Assembly: GCA_029863805.1 (NCBI GenBank)
Contig: JAOTUR010000001.1
Location: 1 to 63,358, forward strand
DNA: 63,358 nucleotides
Direction: 5' to 3'
Origin: Candidatus Krumholzibacteriia bacterium
GTDB lineage: Bacteria; Krumholzibacteriota; Krumholzibacteriia; WVZY01
Shown here: piece after piece, positions 30,281-39,336 of the stretch
How the letters are laid out: each line of letters starts with the position of its first letter
How positions within the stretch are numbered: position 1 is the stretch's first letter
Made by a program: the position numbers and the translations under genes
The notes under the pieces: generated by a model
Told to the model about the DNA's origin: nothing
What the model saw: only the letters and a program-made list of their open reading frames with translations
The model's database searches: none

Positions 30281-31402
30281 ATGAAACGTGTACTCTTATC
30301 ACTTCTTGTGGCGGGGCTCAATCTGTTGTGCCCGCGTGATTTTGCCAGCAGTCAGGATTTCCCGCCGGCGTTGGTCGTTACCGAGCCGGTGAAGACGCTC
30401 GACTTCCACAAGCAGCTCACCCTGATCGGCCGCTCCAAGGCCCGCGCCGAAAGCCGTATCGTGTCGGAGGTATCGGGTCGGGTCGTGAGAATTGGCGCGC
30501 GCGAGGGGGTATGGATATCCAAGGGGAAGCCCCTCGTGACTATTGATGCGCAACGTATCCAGTTTACACTCGATGCAAAAACAGCGGAGGCGGCTCAGGC
30601 TGAGGCCGATGCGGACCTCGCCAAGAAAGAGTTGGCCCGTGCGGAGAATCTTTTTGAGCAGGAAATCCTCCCCGAACGTACCCTGGACGCCGCGCGTGCG
30701 GCAGCCACGCGAACCATCGAGCGGTATCACCAACTTGAGGCGGAGCGCAATCAGCTCACAGTGGATGTAGCGAACTGCACGATCCGGGCGCCGTATGGCG
30801 GTTTTACGATCCGAGAGCTGATCCAAGTCGGCGAATGGGTGAACCCGGGAACACCCGTCTATGAAATCGTGGATCTGTCGGTGGTCAAGGTTACGCTGGA
30901 TCTTCCGGAGCGTCATTTTGGCCACGTCAGCATAGGGAGTTTAGTGTCGATCATGGTCTCCGGCAATGATCAAACCCGCCTTGTCGGCAAGATCACCGGT
31001 ATTGCTCCCCAAGCTTCGCCAACCACCCACACCTTTCCAGTCATCGTTTCCGTTCAGAATGGTGATGGGCGGTTGGGGAGTGGTATGCTGGTGAAGGCGA
31101 CGGTTTCGCTAAAGGGCAAGTTCACGAGTCTCGCCGTGTCCAAGGACGCGATCATCCGGCAGGGGGATCAGACGCTTGTCTATACGATCGTCGAAGGGAA
31201 AGCAGCCCCGATACAGGTTAGATTGTCTTCCAGCAACGGCAGCATGGTAGCCGTCGAGGGCGAAGGGCTGACGGATGGTATGCCCGTGGTGGTTCGCGGA
31301 AACGAGCGAATCTTTCCGGGAAGCCCCGTGCAGACGCCCGATGGCGGCAGGGACTCGGGTGAAGACCCCGAGGGAGACGCTGCCACTCAAACCAGCGGAT
31401 AG
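30281..31402 (+). CDS. RND efflux periplasmic adaptor (membrane fusion protein, HlyD family)
   Basis: The coiled-coil hairpin is 'AEAAQAEADADLAKKELARAENLFEQEILPERTLD', followed by 'CTIRAPYGGFT' and beta-barrel segments. The track start at GTG 30248 is possible; I prefer ATG 30281 (MKRVLLSLLVAG...). Confidence 0.85.
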   Translation: MKRVLLSLLVAGLNLLCPRDFASSQDFPPALVVTEPVKTLDFHKQLTLIGRSKARAESRIVSEVSGRVVRIGAREGVWISKGKPLVTIDAQRIQFTLDAKTAEAAQAEADADLAKKELARAENLFEQEILPERTLDAARAAATRTIERYHQLEAERNQLTVDVANCTIRAPYGGFTIRELIQVGEWVNPGTPVYEIVDLSVVKVTLDLPERHFGHVSIGSLVSIMVSGNDQTRLVGKITGIAPQASPTTHTFPVIVSVQNGDGRLGSGMLVKATVSLKGKFTSLAVSKDAIIRQGDQTLVYTIVEGKAAPIQVRLSSSNGSMVAVEGEGLTDGMPVVVRGNERIFPGSPVQTPDGGRDSGEDPEGDAATQTSG

Positions 31403-31411
31403 CAGCGACGG

Positions 31412-34400
31412 ATGAGTCTTGTAACCTCGTCGATACGTTACCCCGTTACGGTAGCCGTTGGCGTTCTGCTCGCCTTTCTTGGCGGGTTTCTCGCTCTAAC
31501 GGCTGTGCCAATTCAGCTAACTCCGGACGTTGACCGACCGGTCATCAACGTGACGACGTCATGGGTCGGAGCCTCCCCAGAAGAGATCGAAAAAGAGATC
31601 ATAGAGGAGCAGGAGGACTACCTGAAATCGGTCGAAGGCGTTGTAAAGATGGATTCCGAATCATACGATGGGTTTGGACAGATCTCGATGGAGTTTGCCG
31701 TGGGCACCGACATTACCGGTGCGACGGTGCGCGTCACCAACAAGTTGAACGAGGTGCCATCCTACCCCGACAATGCCGACAGACCGGTGGTGTCCTCTTC
31801 CGGCCGCTTTGATCGTGCTATCGCGTGGTTTGTAATAAAGGGCGATAGCGGTGTCTACGTGCCTCACATGCTCACTTTTGTAGAAGACGTGGTTAAGCCA
31901 AGACTGGAACGTGTGGAGGGCGTGTCGGCGGTGAACGTGTTCGGAGGTCTCGAACGGGAGGTCCATGTGACGTTCGCCCCAGAGCTACTGGCTTCGACGG
32001 GGATAACCGTCTCCGATATGTCGAACGCGCTGCGGTCCGAGAATCGGGATATATCGGCAGGCGACTTTGGTGAAGGTAAGCGCCGCTATGTTGTTCGAAC
32101 CGTGTCGCGGTTTCTAAGCACCGAGGATATCGAGCAGACAATCGTCGCGGTACGTAACGGCGTAAGTATACGCGTTGGCGACGTCGCGGACGTCGAGCTT
32201 TCCTACCAGAAACCTTATGCCCAGGTGCGCCACAAGGGCCGTCCGGCGCTCGCCTTCAACGTCCAGCGGCGTATTGGTGCCAACGTGCTCGAGGTCACCG
32301 ACGCCTTGATGTTACAAGTGGGTGTCTTGAACGAGGAAATCCTCGGTCCCCGGGGCATGACCCTCGAAAACGTTTACCGTGAAACCGTTTATATACATTC
32401 GGCGGTCGATCGTGTATTTCAGAACATATTTATCGGCGGGTTTCTTGCGATTGCCATTCTTTTCATGTTTCTCCGCTCGCTGTCGTCGATACTGGTAATC
32501 GGGCTCTCGATTCCCATTTCCATCATAACCACCTTTTTGACCATGTTTCTCTTTGGGCGCACGATCAATGTGATCTCGCTCGCGGGTATGGCTTTCGCGG
32601 TGGGGATGGTGGTGGATAATGCTATCGTTGTGCTCGAGAACATCTATCGCCACCTGCAAATGGGGAAGAGCAGGTGGCAAGCAGCCAACGAAGGGACGCG
32701 TGAGGTGTGGGGGGCGGTCTTGGCATCCACGATGACCACCGTCGCCGTTTTTCTCCCCATCGTTTTCATTCAGGAGCGTGCAGGGCAGCTGTTTCGTGAC
32801 ATCGCCATTGCGATATCCAGCGCGATAGTGGTCTCGCTCATCGTGTCCGTCACGGTGATCCCAGCTGCTTCGGCCAAGATTCTGAAGATATCGTCGAGCA
32901 TGAAGGATGGTGTGGGGAAAACCCGGCTTGCCCTATTTGCGGAGAGAATAGCGACGGTCGTCGACTACATCAACGCGACAAACGCGCGACGGCTGATTAC
33001 CATTGTTGGCATTGTTGCAATCTCGGTTGGTTTTACGCTGCTCCTGCTTCCCGCTTCCGAGTATCTCCCCAACGGTAACCAGAACTTCATCTTTGGCTTC
33101 ATGCTGCCACCACCGGGATACAACTTGGACGAGATGGTCAAGCTGGGTCAGAGCATCGAGGCACGCTTGGGCTATCTGTGGGAAACGCCGGAACAAGAAG
33201 CAAAGGATATCCCCGGTGGAGGCGTCGACAATTTCTTTTTCGTAGCTTGGGGCCAACAGGCCTTCATGGGTTTGCGAGCTAGGGACCCCTCACGTTGTCG
33301 TGAACTCTTGCCCGTTGCCAACGGTACGCTTTTCACGATTCCGGGTACGCTGGGTTTTGCCAACCAGGCCTCTCTTTTTGCTCGAGGGTTCGCGGGCACC
33401 CGTTCGGTCAAGATTGATGTGACCGGCCCCGATCTCAACAAGGTGCTTGTACTGGCTCGCCGGGTTTTTGGACAGGTGAGCCAGTTAATTCCGGGCGCGC
33501 AGTCGAGACCGATCCCTGGATTGGATTTGGGCAATCCAGAGGTGCGCGTCTATCCCGATCGGGCCCGGGCCGCCGATGTTGGGTTCAGCGCTACGGACAT
33601 AGGACTGACCGTTAATTCACTGGTGGATGGCATGGAGGTGAGTGAGTACTTTCACGAGGGCCGTGAGATCGACCTGGTTCTCAGGGGAAGGGATGACTGG
33701 ACGAACCACACGCAGAACATCGAGCAACTTCCCATCGCCACGCCTTCGGGCCAAATTATAACCTTGGGAGACATCGCTGACGTCCGCCAACAACAGGGAC
33801 CCGTCCAAATCAATCACGTGGAGCGCCAGCGGGCCGTTTCCATCGAAACCGTTTTGCCCGACGATATAGCGCTGGAGGAAGCCATCGGACGAATCGAAGA
33901 GGGTATCGTCAAACCACTGAGAGACGACGGGCAGATCGGAGGGCTGTATGATGTTCACCAGACCGGATCAGCAGACGATCTGTCCAAACTGCGCGCCGCA
34001 CTGCGAACAAATTTCGTAGTCGTCATTCTGTTGACTTATCTCTTGCTGGCATCGCTCTTCCAGTCCTTCCTGTATCCGCTTGTTATTATGTTTACCGTTC
34101 CTCTCGCCACTTTTGGTGGAGTGCTCGGACTTCGAATCGTGCAGTTTTTTGACAGCGCGCAGCAGCTGGATGTTCTGACCATGTTGGGTTTTGTCATTCT
34201 TGTGGGAACGGTCATAAACAACTCGATTCTGATTGTTTATCAAGCGCTCAACCTGATGCGTGATGAGGGGATGGATCCGCGGGAGTCCGTCAAGGAGTCT
34301 GTACGTGTACGCGTGCGACCTATCTTCATGTCGACGATGACATCGACGCTGGGAATGCTACCACTGGTGGTTATGCCCGGCGCCGGGTCCGAGCTGTACC

Positions 34401-34573
34401 GAGGGCTGGGGTCGGTGGTGGTGGGTGGTCTGGCATTGTCTACCGTGTTCACGCTGCTTTTGACGCCCCTCGTATTCTCTTACGCGATAGAAGCCAACGC
34501 CCGGCTGCGCCGTATTCTTGGCCGAGAACCCCTGCCCGCGGCGGGCAAGCCCGCTATGAATGGCAAGTTCTAG
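31412..34573 (+). CDS. RND efflux permease (AcrB/AcrD/AcrF family)
   Basis: 1053 aa with 12-TM, two-large-loop architecture. 'AFAVGMVVDNAIVVLENI' and 'GFVILVGTVINNSILIV' are present. Confidence 0.9.
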   Translation: MSLVTSSIRYPVTVAVGVLLAFLGGFLALTAVPIQLTPDVDRPVINVTTSWVGASPEEIEKEIIEEQEDYLKSVEGVVKMDSESYDGFGQISMEFAVGTDITGATVRVTNKLNEVPSYPDNADRPVVSSSGRFDRAIAWFVIKGDSGVYVPHMLTFVEDVVKPRLERVEGVSAVNVFGGLEREVHVTFAPELLASTGITVSDMSNALRSENRDISAGDFGEGKRRYVVRTVSRFLSTEDIEQTIVAVRNGVSIRVGDVADVELSYQKPYAQVRHKGRPALAFNVQRRIGANVLEVTDALMLQVGVLNEEILGPRGMTLENVYRETVYIHSAVDRVFQNIFIGGFLAIAILFMFLRSLSSILVIGLSIPISIITTFLTMFLFGRTINVISLAGMAFAVGMVVDNAIVVLENIYRHLQMGKSRWQAANEGTREVWGAVLASTMTTVAVFLPIVFIQERAGQLFRDIAIAISSAIVVSLIVSVTVIPAASAKILKISSSMKDGVGKTRLALFAERIATVVDYINATNARRLITIVGIVAISVGFTLLLLPASEYLPNGNQNFIFGFMLPPPGYNLDEMVKLGQSIEARLGYLWETPEQEAKDIPGGGVDNFFFVAWGQQAFMGLRARDPSRCRELLPVANGTLFTIPGTLGFANQASLFARGFAGTRSVKIDVTGPDLNKVLVLARRVFGQVSQLIPGAQSRPIPGLDLGNPEVRVYPDRARAADVGFSATDIGLTVNSLVDGMEVSEYFHEGREIDLVLRGRDDWTNHTQNIEQLPIATPSGQIITLGDIADVRQQQGPVQINHVERQRAVSIETVLPDDIALEEAIGRIEEGIVKPLRDDGQIGGLYDVHQTGSADDLSKLRAALRTNFVVVILLTYLLLASLFQSFLYPLVIMFTVPLATFGGVLGLRIVQFFDSAQQLDVLTMLGFVILVGTVINNSILIVYQALNLMRDEGMDPRESVKESVRVRVRPIFMSTMTSTLGMLPLVVMPGAGSELYRGLGSVVVGGLALSTVFTLLLTPLVFSYAIEANARLRRILGREPLPAAGKPAMNGKF

Positions 34574-34575
34574 CG

Positions 34576-36012
34576 TCAAATATCGATCTCAAGGGCGATG
34601 AACATGAGTTGACCGCCTCTCTCCACCTGGCACACGACTGCATCACCGGTTTGAAGTCCGTTCAAGAGTGCCCGTAGATTTTCTACACTGCCAACGGGTG
34701 TTCGATTTACCATGTGGATAACGTCGCCAGGTAACAAGAACATATTATCCCCGACCGGCGCGTCGGCGGCACGGGCCGCTACTACGACACCGTCGTCGCG
34801 ACGAAGCGGCGGTAGCATCCGGCGTGTATAGTCATCGACGTCGACGGCGAGAATTCCCAATTGGGGTACCAGGTTCTTGCCTGGTTTTACCAAATTCGAA
34901 AATCGCTCAGGGTCGTCCTGGCGTTCGATGACCGATACCGTGAAGTTCCGGTTGCCGGAGATGCGTTCGACCTCGACGGTCACCTCTTCACCGACTGGTC
35001 GTCGGTAGAGGTTGACGTCGAACTGACGACCGTTTTCCATCGTTTTCCCGTTCAGTGTCAGGACCACATCACCGATGCGCAGCCCCGCCCGATCTGCAGG
35101 ACCACCGGGATAAACGTCCCCCAGTACGACTCCCCATTCACGTTCGAGTCCCAGGCCGGCTGCCACGGTCGCGGTGATGGTCTGCGCGTGTACCCCAATG
35201 TGTCCTCTACGCACACGACCGCTAGAGCGAAACTGACGGTACACGTTGAGAACGATATTACTCGGGGCCGCAAAACCCACACCCTCACTACCACCCCCGC
35301 GTGAGGCAATCATGGTATTTATCCCGACAACCCGACCTTGGGTGTCGGTCAGGGGTCCGCCGCTGTTGCCGGGGTTTATCGTTGCATCCGTTTGTATATA
35401 GATCATGGGTGCCTCCGGCGTCAGCTGGCGCGAAACCGAGCTGACAACGCCCATTGAAACCGAGTTCTCCAACCCGTAGGGACTGCCAAAAGCAAGTACG
35501 ATCTGCCCCTGCCTGAGCTCGTCCGAATCACCGAGCTCCAGATACGGCAGGTCGCTGTAGGCGACCTTGAGAACGGCCAGGTCTGTTTCACGGTCGACGC
35601 CGACGATCTGTGCCTCGACCCGTCTTCCGCGCGGCCTTAGTATCGATCGCGCCATCTTTTTTGTCGGGTCAGCCAACGGCAGCATCACCTGAACGCGCCT
35701 CGCGCCATCCACTACGTGGGCATTGGTGATGATATAGCCGTCGGGATGAAGAATCACACCGCTGCCGCCAGCCCGCCGCTTGACGATCAGACCACTCGTT
35801 GTCACACCATCACCCACGGGACCGTAACCCGTTGCGAATATTTGGACAACCGCCGGGCTGATTGCCTCGACCAGCGCCTCAAAGGAGTCGCTGAGCTCGT
35901 CAAGCGAGCGGGGTATTTCTTTCACCTTCGTGGGTTGTGAGCGCGCCGTATCGGTCCAGGGCAATGCCAGGACCGTCACCCCCACGATCAATAGAAGATG
36001 TATGTGCTTCAT
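34576..36012 (-). CDS. periplasmic serine endoprotease, HtrA/DegP/DegQ family (protease + 2 PDZ)
   Basis: 'ITNAHVV', 'DLAVLKV' and 'GNSGGPLTD' are followed by two PDZ-like segments. I trimmed the start to ATG 36012 (MKHIHLLLIV..., GGAGGG upstream), which removes the overlap with the GNAT gene. Confidence 0.9.
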   Translation of the reverse strand: MKHIHLLLIVGVTVLALPWTDTARSQPTKVKEIPRSLDELSDSFEALVEAISPAVVQIFATGYGPVGDGVTTSGLIVKRRAGGSGVILHPDGYIITNAHVVDGARRVQVMLPLADPTKKMARSILRPRGRRVEAQIVGVDRETDLAVLKVAYSDLPYLELGDSDELRQGQIVLAFGSPYGLENSVSMGVVSSVSRQLTPEAPMIYIQTDATINPGNSGGPLTDTQGRVVGINTMIASRGGGSEGVGFAAPSNIVLNVYRQFRSSGRVRRGHIGVHAQTITATVAAGLGLEREWGVVLGDVYPGGPADRAGLRIGDVVLTLNGKTMENGRQFDVNLYRRPVGEEVTVEVERISGNRNFTVSVIERQDDPERFSNLVKPGKNLVPQLGILAVDVDDYTRRMLPPLRRDDGVVVAARAADAPVGDNMFLLPGDVIHMVNRTPVGSVENLRALLNGLQTGDAVVCQVERGGQLMFIALEIDI

Positions 36013-36049
36013 AGTCCCTCCAGTTTGTCGGCCAGCAATCGAGATGCCA

Positions 36050-36514
36050 TCACAACGCGAGTTCAAAGTATCGTGCCCCAGGAATTTTCTCGTTCGTGTA
36101 GGGTTTGATTTCCTTGAAGTTGAGTGCTCTATAAATTGAGATCGCGGTTTTCATTGTGGGAAGTGTATCGAGTCGCATGTAGGCATAGCCTCGACTTCGA
36201 GCCTGTTCGATGATAGCGGAAGCCAATGCCAACCCGATTTCTCTCCCCCGAAACGCCGGGCGTACGAATAGCCTTTTCATTTCGCAGCCGCTTGTGTTTA
36301 GTCCACGCAGCGCCACGCAGCCTGCGAGCTCGCTTCCCCACAAGGCGACCAAGATGCAACCATCCGGAGGACTGTATTGGCCGGGCAGAGATTTAAATTC
36401 TTCATCGAAGTTCTGGACACAGGGCTCGAAACCGAGCCACCGCCAATACTCGAGGAATAGAACTCGAATCTGCTCAAGATTTGAGTCGTAATCGGGTTCA
36501 GTGATTTGTAACAA
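36050..36514 (-). CDS. GNAT family N-acetyltransferase
   Basis: 'LFVRPAFRGREIGLALASAIIEQARSRGYAYMRLDT' is the acetyl-CoA binding motif A region. Confidence 0.75.
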   Translation of the reverse strand: MLQITEPDYDSNLEQIRVLFLEYWRWLGFEPCVQNFDEEFKSLPGQYSPPDGCILVALWGSELAGCVALRGLNTSGCEMKRLFVRPAFRGREIGLALASAIIEQARSRGYAYMRLDTLPTMKTAISIYRALNFKEIKPYTNEKIPGARYFELAL

Positions 36515-36755
36515 CGATCAATTCTCGGATCTTGATTTGTTTAACCTGAGCTGTGCTCGCACAGCCATGGTTTCGGCGGAGCTGAGTAGTTGTTTGGGTC
36601 CCGTTTGTCTAACTTATACCGTCGGCTGCCAAATTCAACATGAGGGCCAGACGATAATCCAGCTTTTTCGAACATGACGGTCAAGCATCATTATAGTAAA
36701 ATCATGTTCTCACTCACAAGCCGAACTGTATTCAATTTAACAACCGGAGGCGAAG

Positions 36756-37379
36756 ATGCTCCTGGAACATCGAGGAAAAACGCCAAGGATTCATCCCGGT
36801 GCTTATGTGGCGCCGACGGCGACTATTTGCGGTGATGTGTCGATAGGGGAGGATAGCTGTGTTCTATTTGGTGCGGTTATCACGGCCGACGGTGGATCCG
36901 TTGACATCGGACGCCGGTGCGTAATCATGGAGAATTCGGTTATCCGCGGCACGCCAGGACATGCGACGCACGTCGGAGACCATGTCCTCGTTGGTCCTCG
37001 GGCATATCTTACCGGTTGCCGGGTCGAGGACGATGTATTCCTTGCGACGGGGTCTACGATATTCAACGGTGCGGTTATTGGTGCTGGCTCTGAAGTGAGA
37101 ATCAATGGCGTGGTGCATATCAAGACCAGGATCGCACCGAATAGTACCGTGCCTATCGCGTGGGTGGCGGTGGGAGACCCTGCTGAGATGCATCCCTGCC
37201 AGGAACATGACGCAATCTGGGCAATACAGGAGACACTCAACTTCCCTCGAGAAGTCTTTGGTGTTGACCGACTCCCCAACGGTAAAAGCGAGATGCCGGA
37301 GATCGCGAGACGTTACACTCGAGGATTGGCAAAACACAAGACTGATCGAATCCTCGGTGGCGGAGCGTGCGATAAGTAA
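36756..37379 (+). CDS. gamma-carbonic-anhydrase-like left-handed beta-helix (hexapeptide repeat) protein
   Basis: 'PRIHPGAYVAPTATICGDVSIGEDSCVLFGAVITADGGSVDIG' is present, with hexapeptide periodicity as in the YrdA/PaaY family. Confidence 0.8.
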   Translation: MLLEHRGKTPRIHPGAYVAPTATICGDVSIGEDSCVLFGAVITADGGSVDIGRRCVIMENSVIRGTPGHATHVGDHVLVGPRAYLTGCRVEDDVFLATGSTIFNGAVIGAGSEVRINGVVHIKTRIAPNSTVPIAWVAVGDPAEMHPCQEHDAIWAIQETLNFPREVFGVDRLPNGKSEMPEIARRYTRGLAKHKTDRILGGGACDK

Positions 37380-37439
37380 TCCACATGATTGTCAATGACT
37401 TCGATGATAATCAGCCTACCCTTGGCTAGGAGAGATGCG

Positions 37440-37805
37440 ATGAACTACTACGAAGCTTGGTTCAATCTAAAGGACACAACCAGAGATCTGGATTTCACGG
37501 AGAGAATGCATGCTTTCCTAGGCCATCTCGAGAACAGAGGCATGATCGAAGGGTATCGTTTGACGCGCCGTAAGCTTGGGTTTGGCCCCGCTGGATTGGG
37601 AGAATTTCATATCACGATAGAGGTCAAAGACCTGGTGCAGTTGGAGGAAGCCTTTCTACATGCTGCCACCCGAAGCCCCGAAATCGAACCGTTGCACGCA
37701 GGCGTGCACACCGCAGTCGAGGACGTCAAGTTTGCTCTGTACCGTGATTTTCCAGATTCGGTGCGTCATAGAGACGACCACCAGTCGCATGAGGATGGGC
37801 CATGA
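37440..37805 (+). CDS. conserved hypothetical protein (resembles DUF6614-type small proteins)
   Basis: I trimmed the start to ATG 37440, behind AGGAGAG. 'YEAWFNLKD...GYRLTRRKLGFGPAGLGEFHITIEV...FALYRDFPD' matches my recollection of DUF6614. The function is unknown. Confidence 0.5.
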   Translation: MNYYEAWFNLKDTTRDLDFTERMHAFLGHLENRGMIEGYRLTRRKLGFGPAGLGEFHITIEVKDLVQLEEAFLHAATRSPEIEPLHAGVHTAVEDVKFALYRDFPDSVRHRDDHQSHEDGP

Positions 37806-38278
37806 CCACACGCGATATGGACGGGTTGAAGATTGTACAGGCGGAGGCAAATCACCTCGATCATGTTGCCGGTTTGTTCGATCAGTATCGGATGTTTTAT
37901 GGCCTGCCATCCAACATGAGTCGCGCGAGGGAGTTTATTCATGATCGCATGGAGAAAGGCGATTCGATCATTTTTCTCGCACAGGCGAAGATTGAGGGCC
38001 GTGCGGTGGCACTCGGGTTTACACAGCTCTATCCGTCGTACTCATCGGTGTCGATGCAGCGGCTGTGGATCCTCAATGATCTCTATGTCGACCAGCGCAG
38101 CAGAAACCGGGGGGTGGGCCGAGCCCTGATCGATCGTGCCTGCAAGCTCGCCATCGACACGGGTGCTAAAGGCTTGATTCTGGAGACCGCGATAGACAAT
38201 CGTGTTGCTAAGAGACTATACGAGGAATACGGTTTTGCCAAGGACGCCAAATTCAACCGATACTCACTTGATTTGTGA
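37802..38278 (+). CDS. GNAT family N-acetyltransferase
   Basis: 'LYVDQRSRNRGVGRALIDRACKLAIDTGAKGLILET...AKRLYEEYGF' is present. The ATG overlaps the preceding stop (ATGA). Confidence 0.8.
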   Translation: MTTRDMDGLKIVQAEANHLDHVAGLFDQYRMFYGLPSNMSRAREFIHDRMEKGDSIIFLAQAKIEGRAVALGFTQLYPSYSSVSMQRLWILNDLYVDQRSRNRGVGRALIDRACKLAIDTGAKGLILETAIDNRVAKRLYEEYGFAKDAKFNRYSLDL

Positions 38279-38294
38279 CCTATCGCGCGAAGTC

Positions 38295-39215
38295 CTAGAG
38301 CTCGAGAAGGACGGCCAGGTTGCCTCCCAAGATCAGCTGTTGATCTTCGGCTCGAATACCGGCATCATGCATCGCTCGGATCTGCGCGTTCCGGACGTCT
38401 TTTCGATAGCCTCTTGGAAACCCGGCGGTGTCCGACCCATAGAGAATCCTCTCGATACCGTAGACCTCGACGGTCTGGGCGAAAAGATCCTCGAGGTAGA
38501 GGGGTGGGGCCTGAAACATCCCCCAAGCGTTTGAGCCCGCTGTATCCGCATAGACGTTGGGACATGCTTGTCCGAGACGCAGAAACTCGTCAAAGAAGCC
38601 CGCACCAAAATGTGGAACTACAAAAACCTGATCGGGTCGAGCCCGCGCCACCGCAATCAAATCCTGCGGGTGGCCGCGTTCCAGTGGAAAATCAGGGTCC
38701 AGCCCGAGAATCGAGCGGGCGCGAATCCTCAGTAACCCACAGTGCACAAACACCACCAAATCGAGGCTGCGTGCGAGATCAAGTGCTCGCGCCGCGATAT
38801 CACTGGCAATACCGTAGTCATGCATTGCGGGAAACAAGAGCATACCCTCAAAGTTGTACTTCCCTTGAACGGACTTCAGTTTGTCCAGAGTTCGTTGCTC
38901 CGTGGGGTCAACCATCGCGTAAGGCACGAGTCGACCGTTAGATGATCTTGCCGCCTCGCCGACGATCTCCATCTCATCGGGACAGGAGGCGAAGGTTACC
39001 GCTCGGTCGACACCATTTTCGTCGAGATCGGCGATAATGCGATCACGGTGCGCCGCTATGCTTTCCCCGGGAACTTCGACGCCGTTTCTACTCAATTTAT
39101 CGAGCAGGGAGGTCACATCGGCGCCAGGCACCTGTCTGACCTGATACTCGTAGAACGCGCGGCTAAAAAAATGCGTATGGGCATCGAAAACGTGCACCGG
39201 CTCTATCCTCGGCAA
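38295..39215 (-). CDS. amidohydrolase-2 (TIM-barrel metal-dependent hydrolase) family protein
   Basis: 'VFDAHTHFF', 'HCG', 'VVPHFGAGF' and 'LYGSD' follow the pattern of PF04909-type hydrolases. Confidence 0.7.
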   Translation of the reverse strand: MPRIEPVHVFDAHTHFFSRAFYEYQVRQVPGADVTSLLDKLSRNGVEVPGESIAAHRDRIIADLDENGVDRAVTFASCPDEMEIVGEAARSSNGRLVPYAMVDPTEQRTLDKLKSVQGKYNFEGMLLFPAMHDYGIASDIAARALDLARSLDLVVFVHCGLLRIRARSILGLDPDFPLERGHPQDLIAVARARPDQVFVVPHFGAGFFDEFLRLGQACPNVYADTAGSNAWGMFQAPPLYLEDLFAQTVEVYGIERILYGSDTAGFPRGYRKDVRNAQIRAMHDAGIRAEDQQLILGGNLAVLLEL

Positions 39216-39336
39216 AAACGCCTAAATTGCTCATTTCCTTGCCCATACCATATATCGAACGCCGATTGAATTCAATCGTAGAAGCGGGTATATTATACGA
39301 AGACGCTCAGCAAATACTCGTAATAACGGAGCAATC

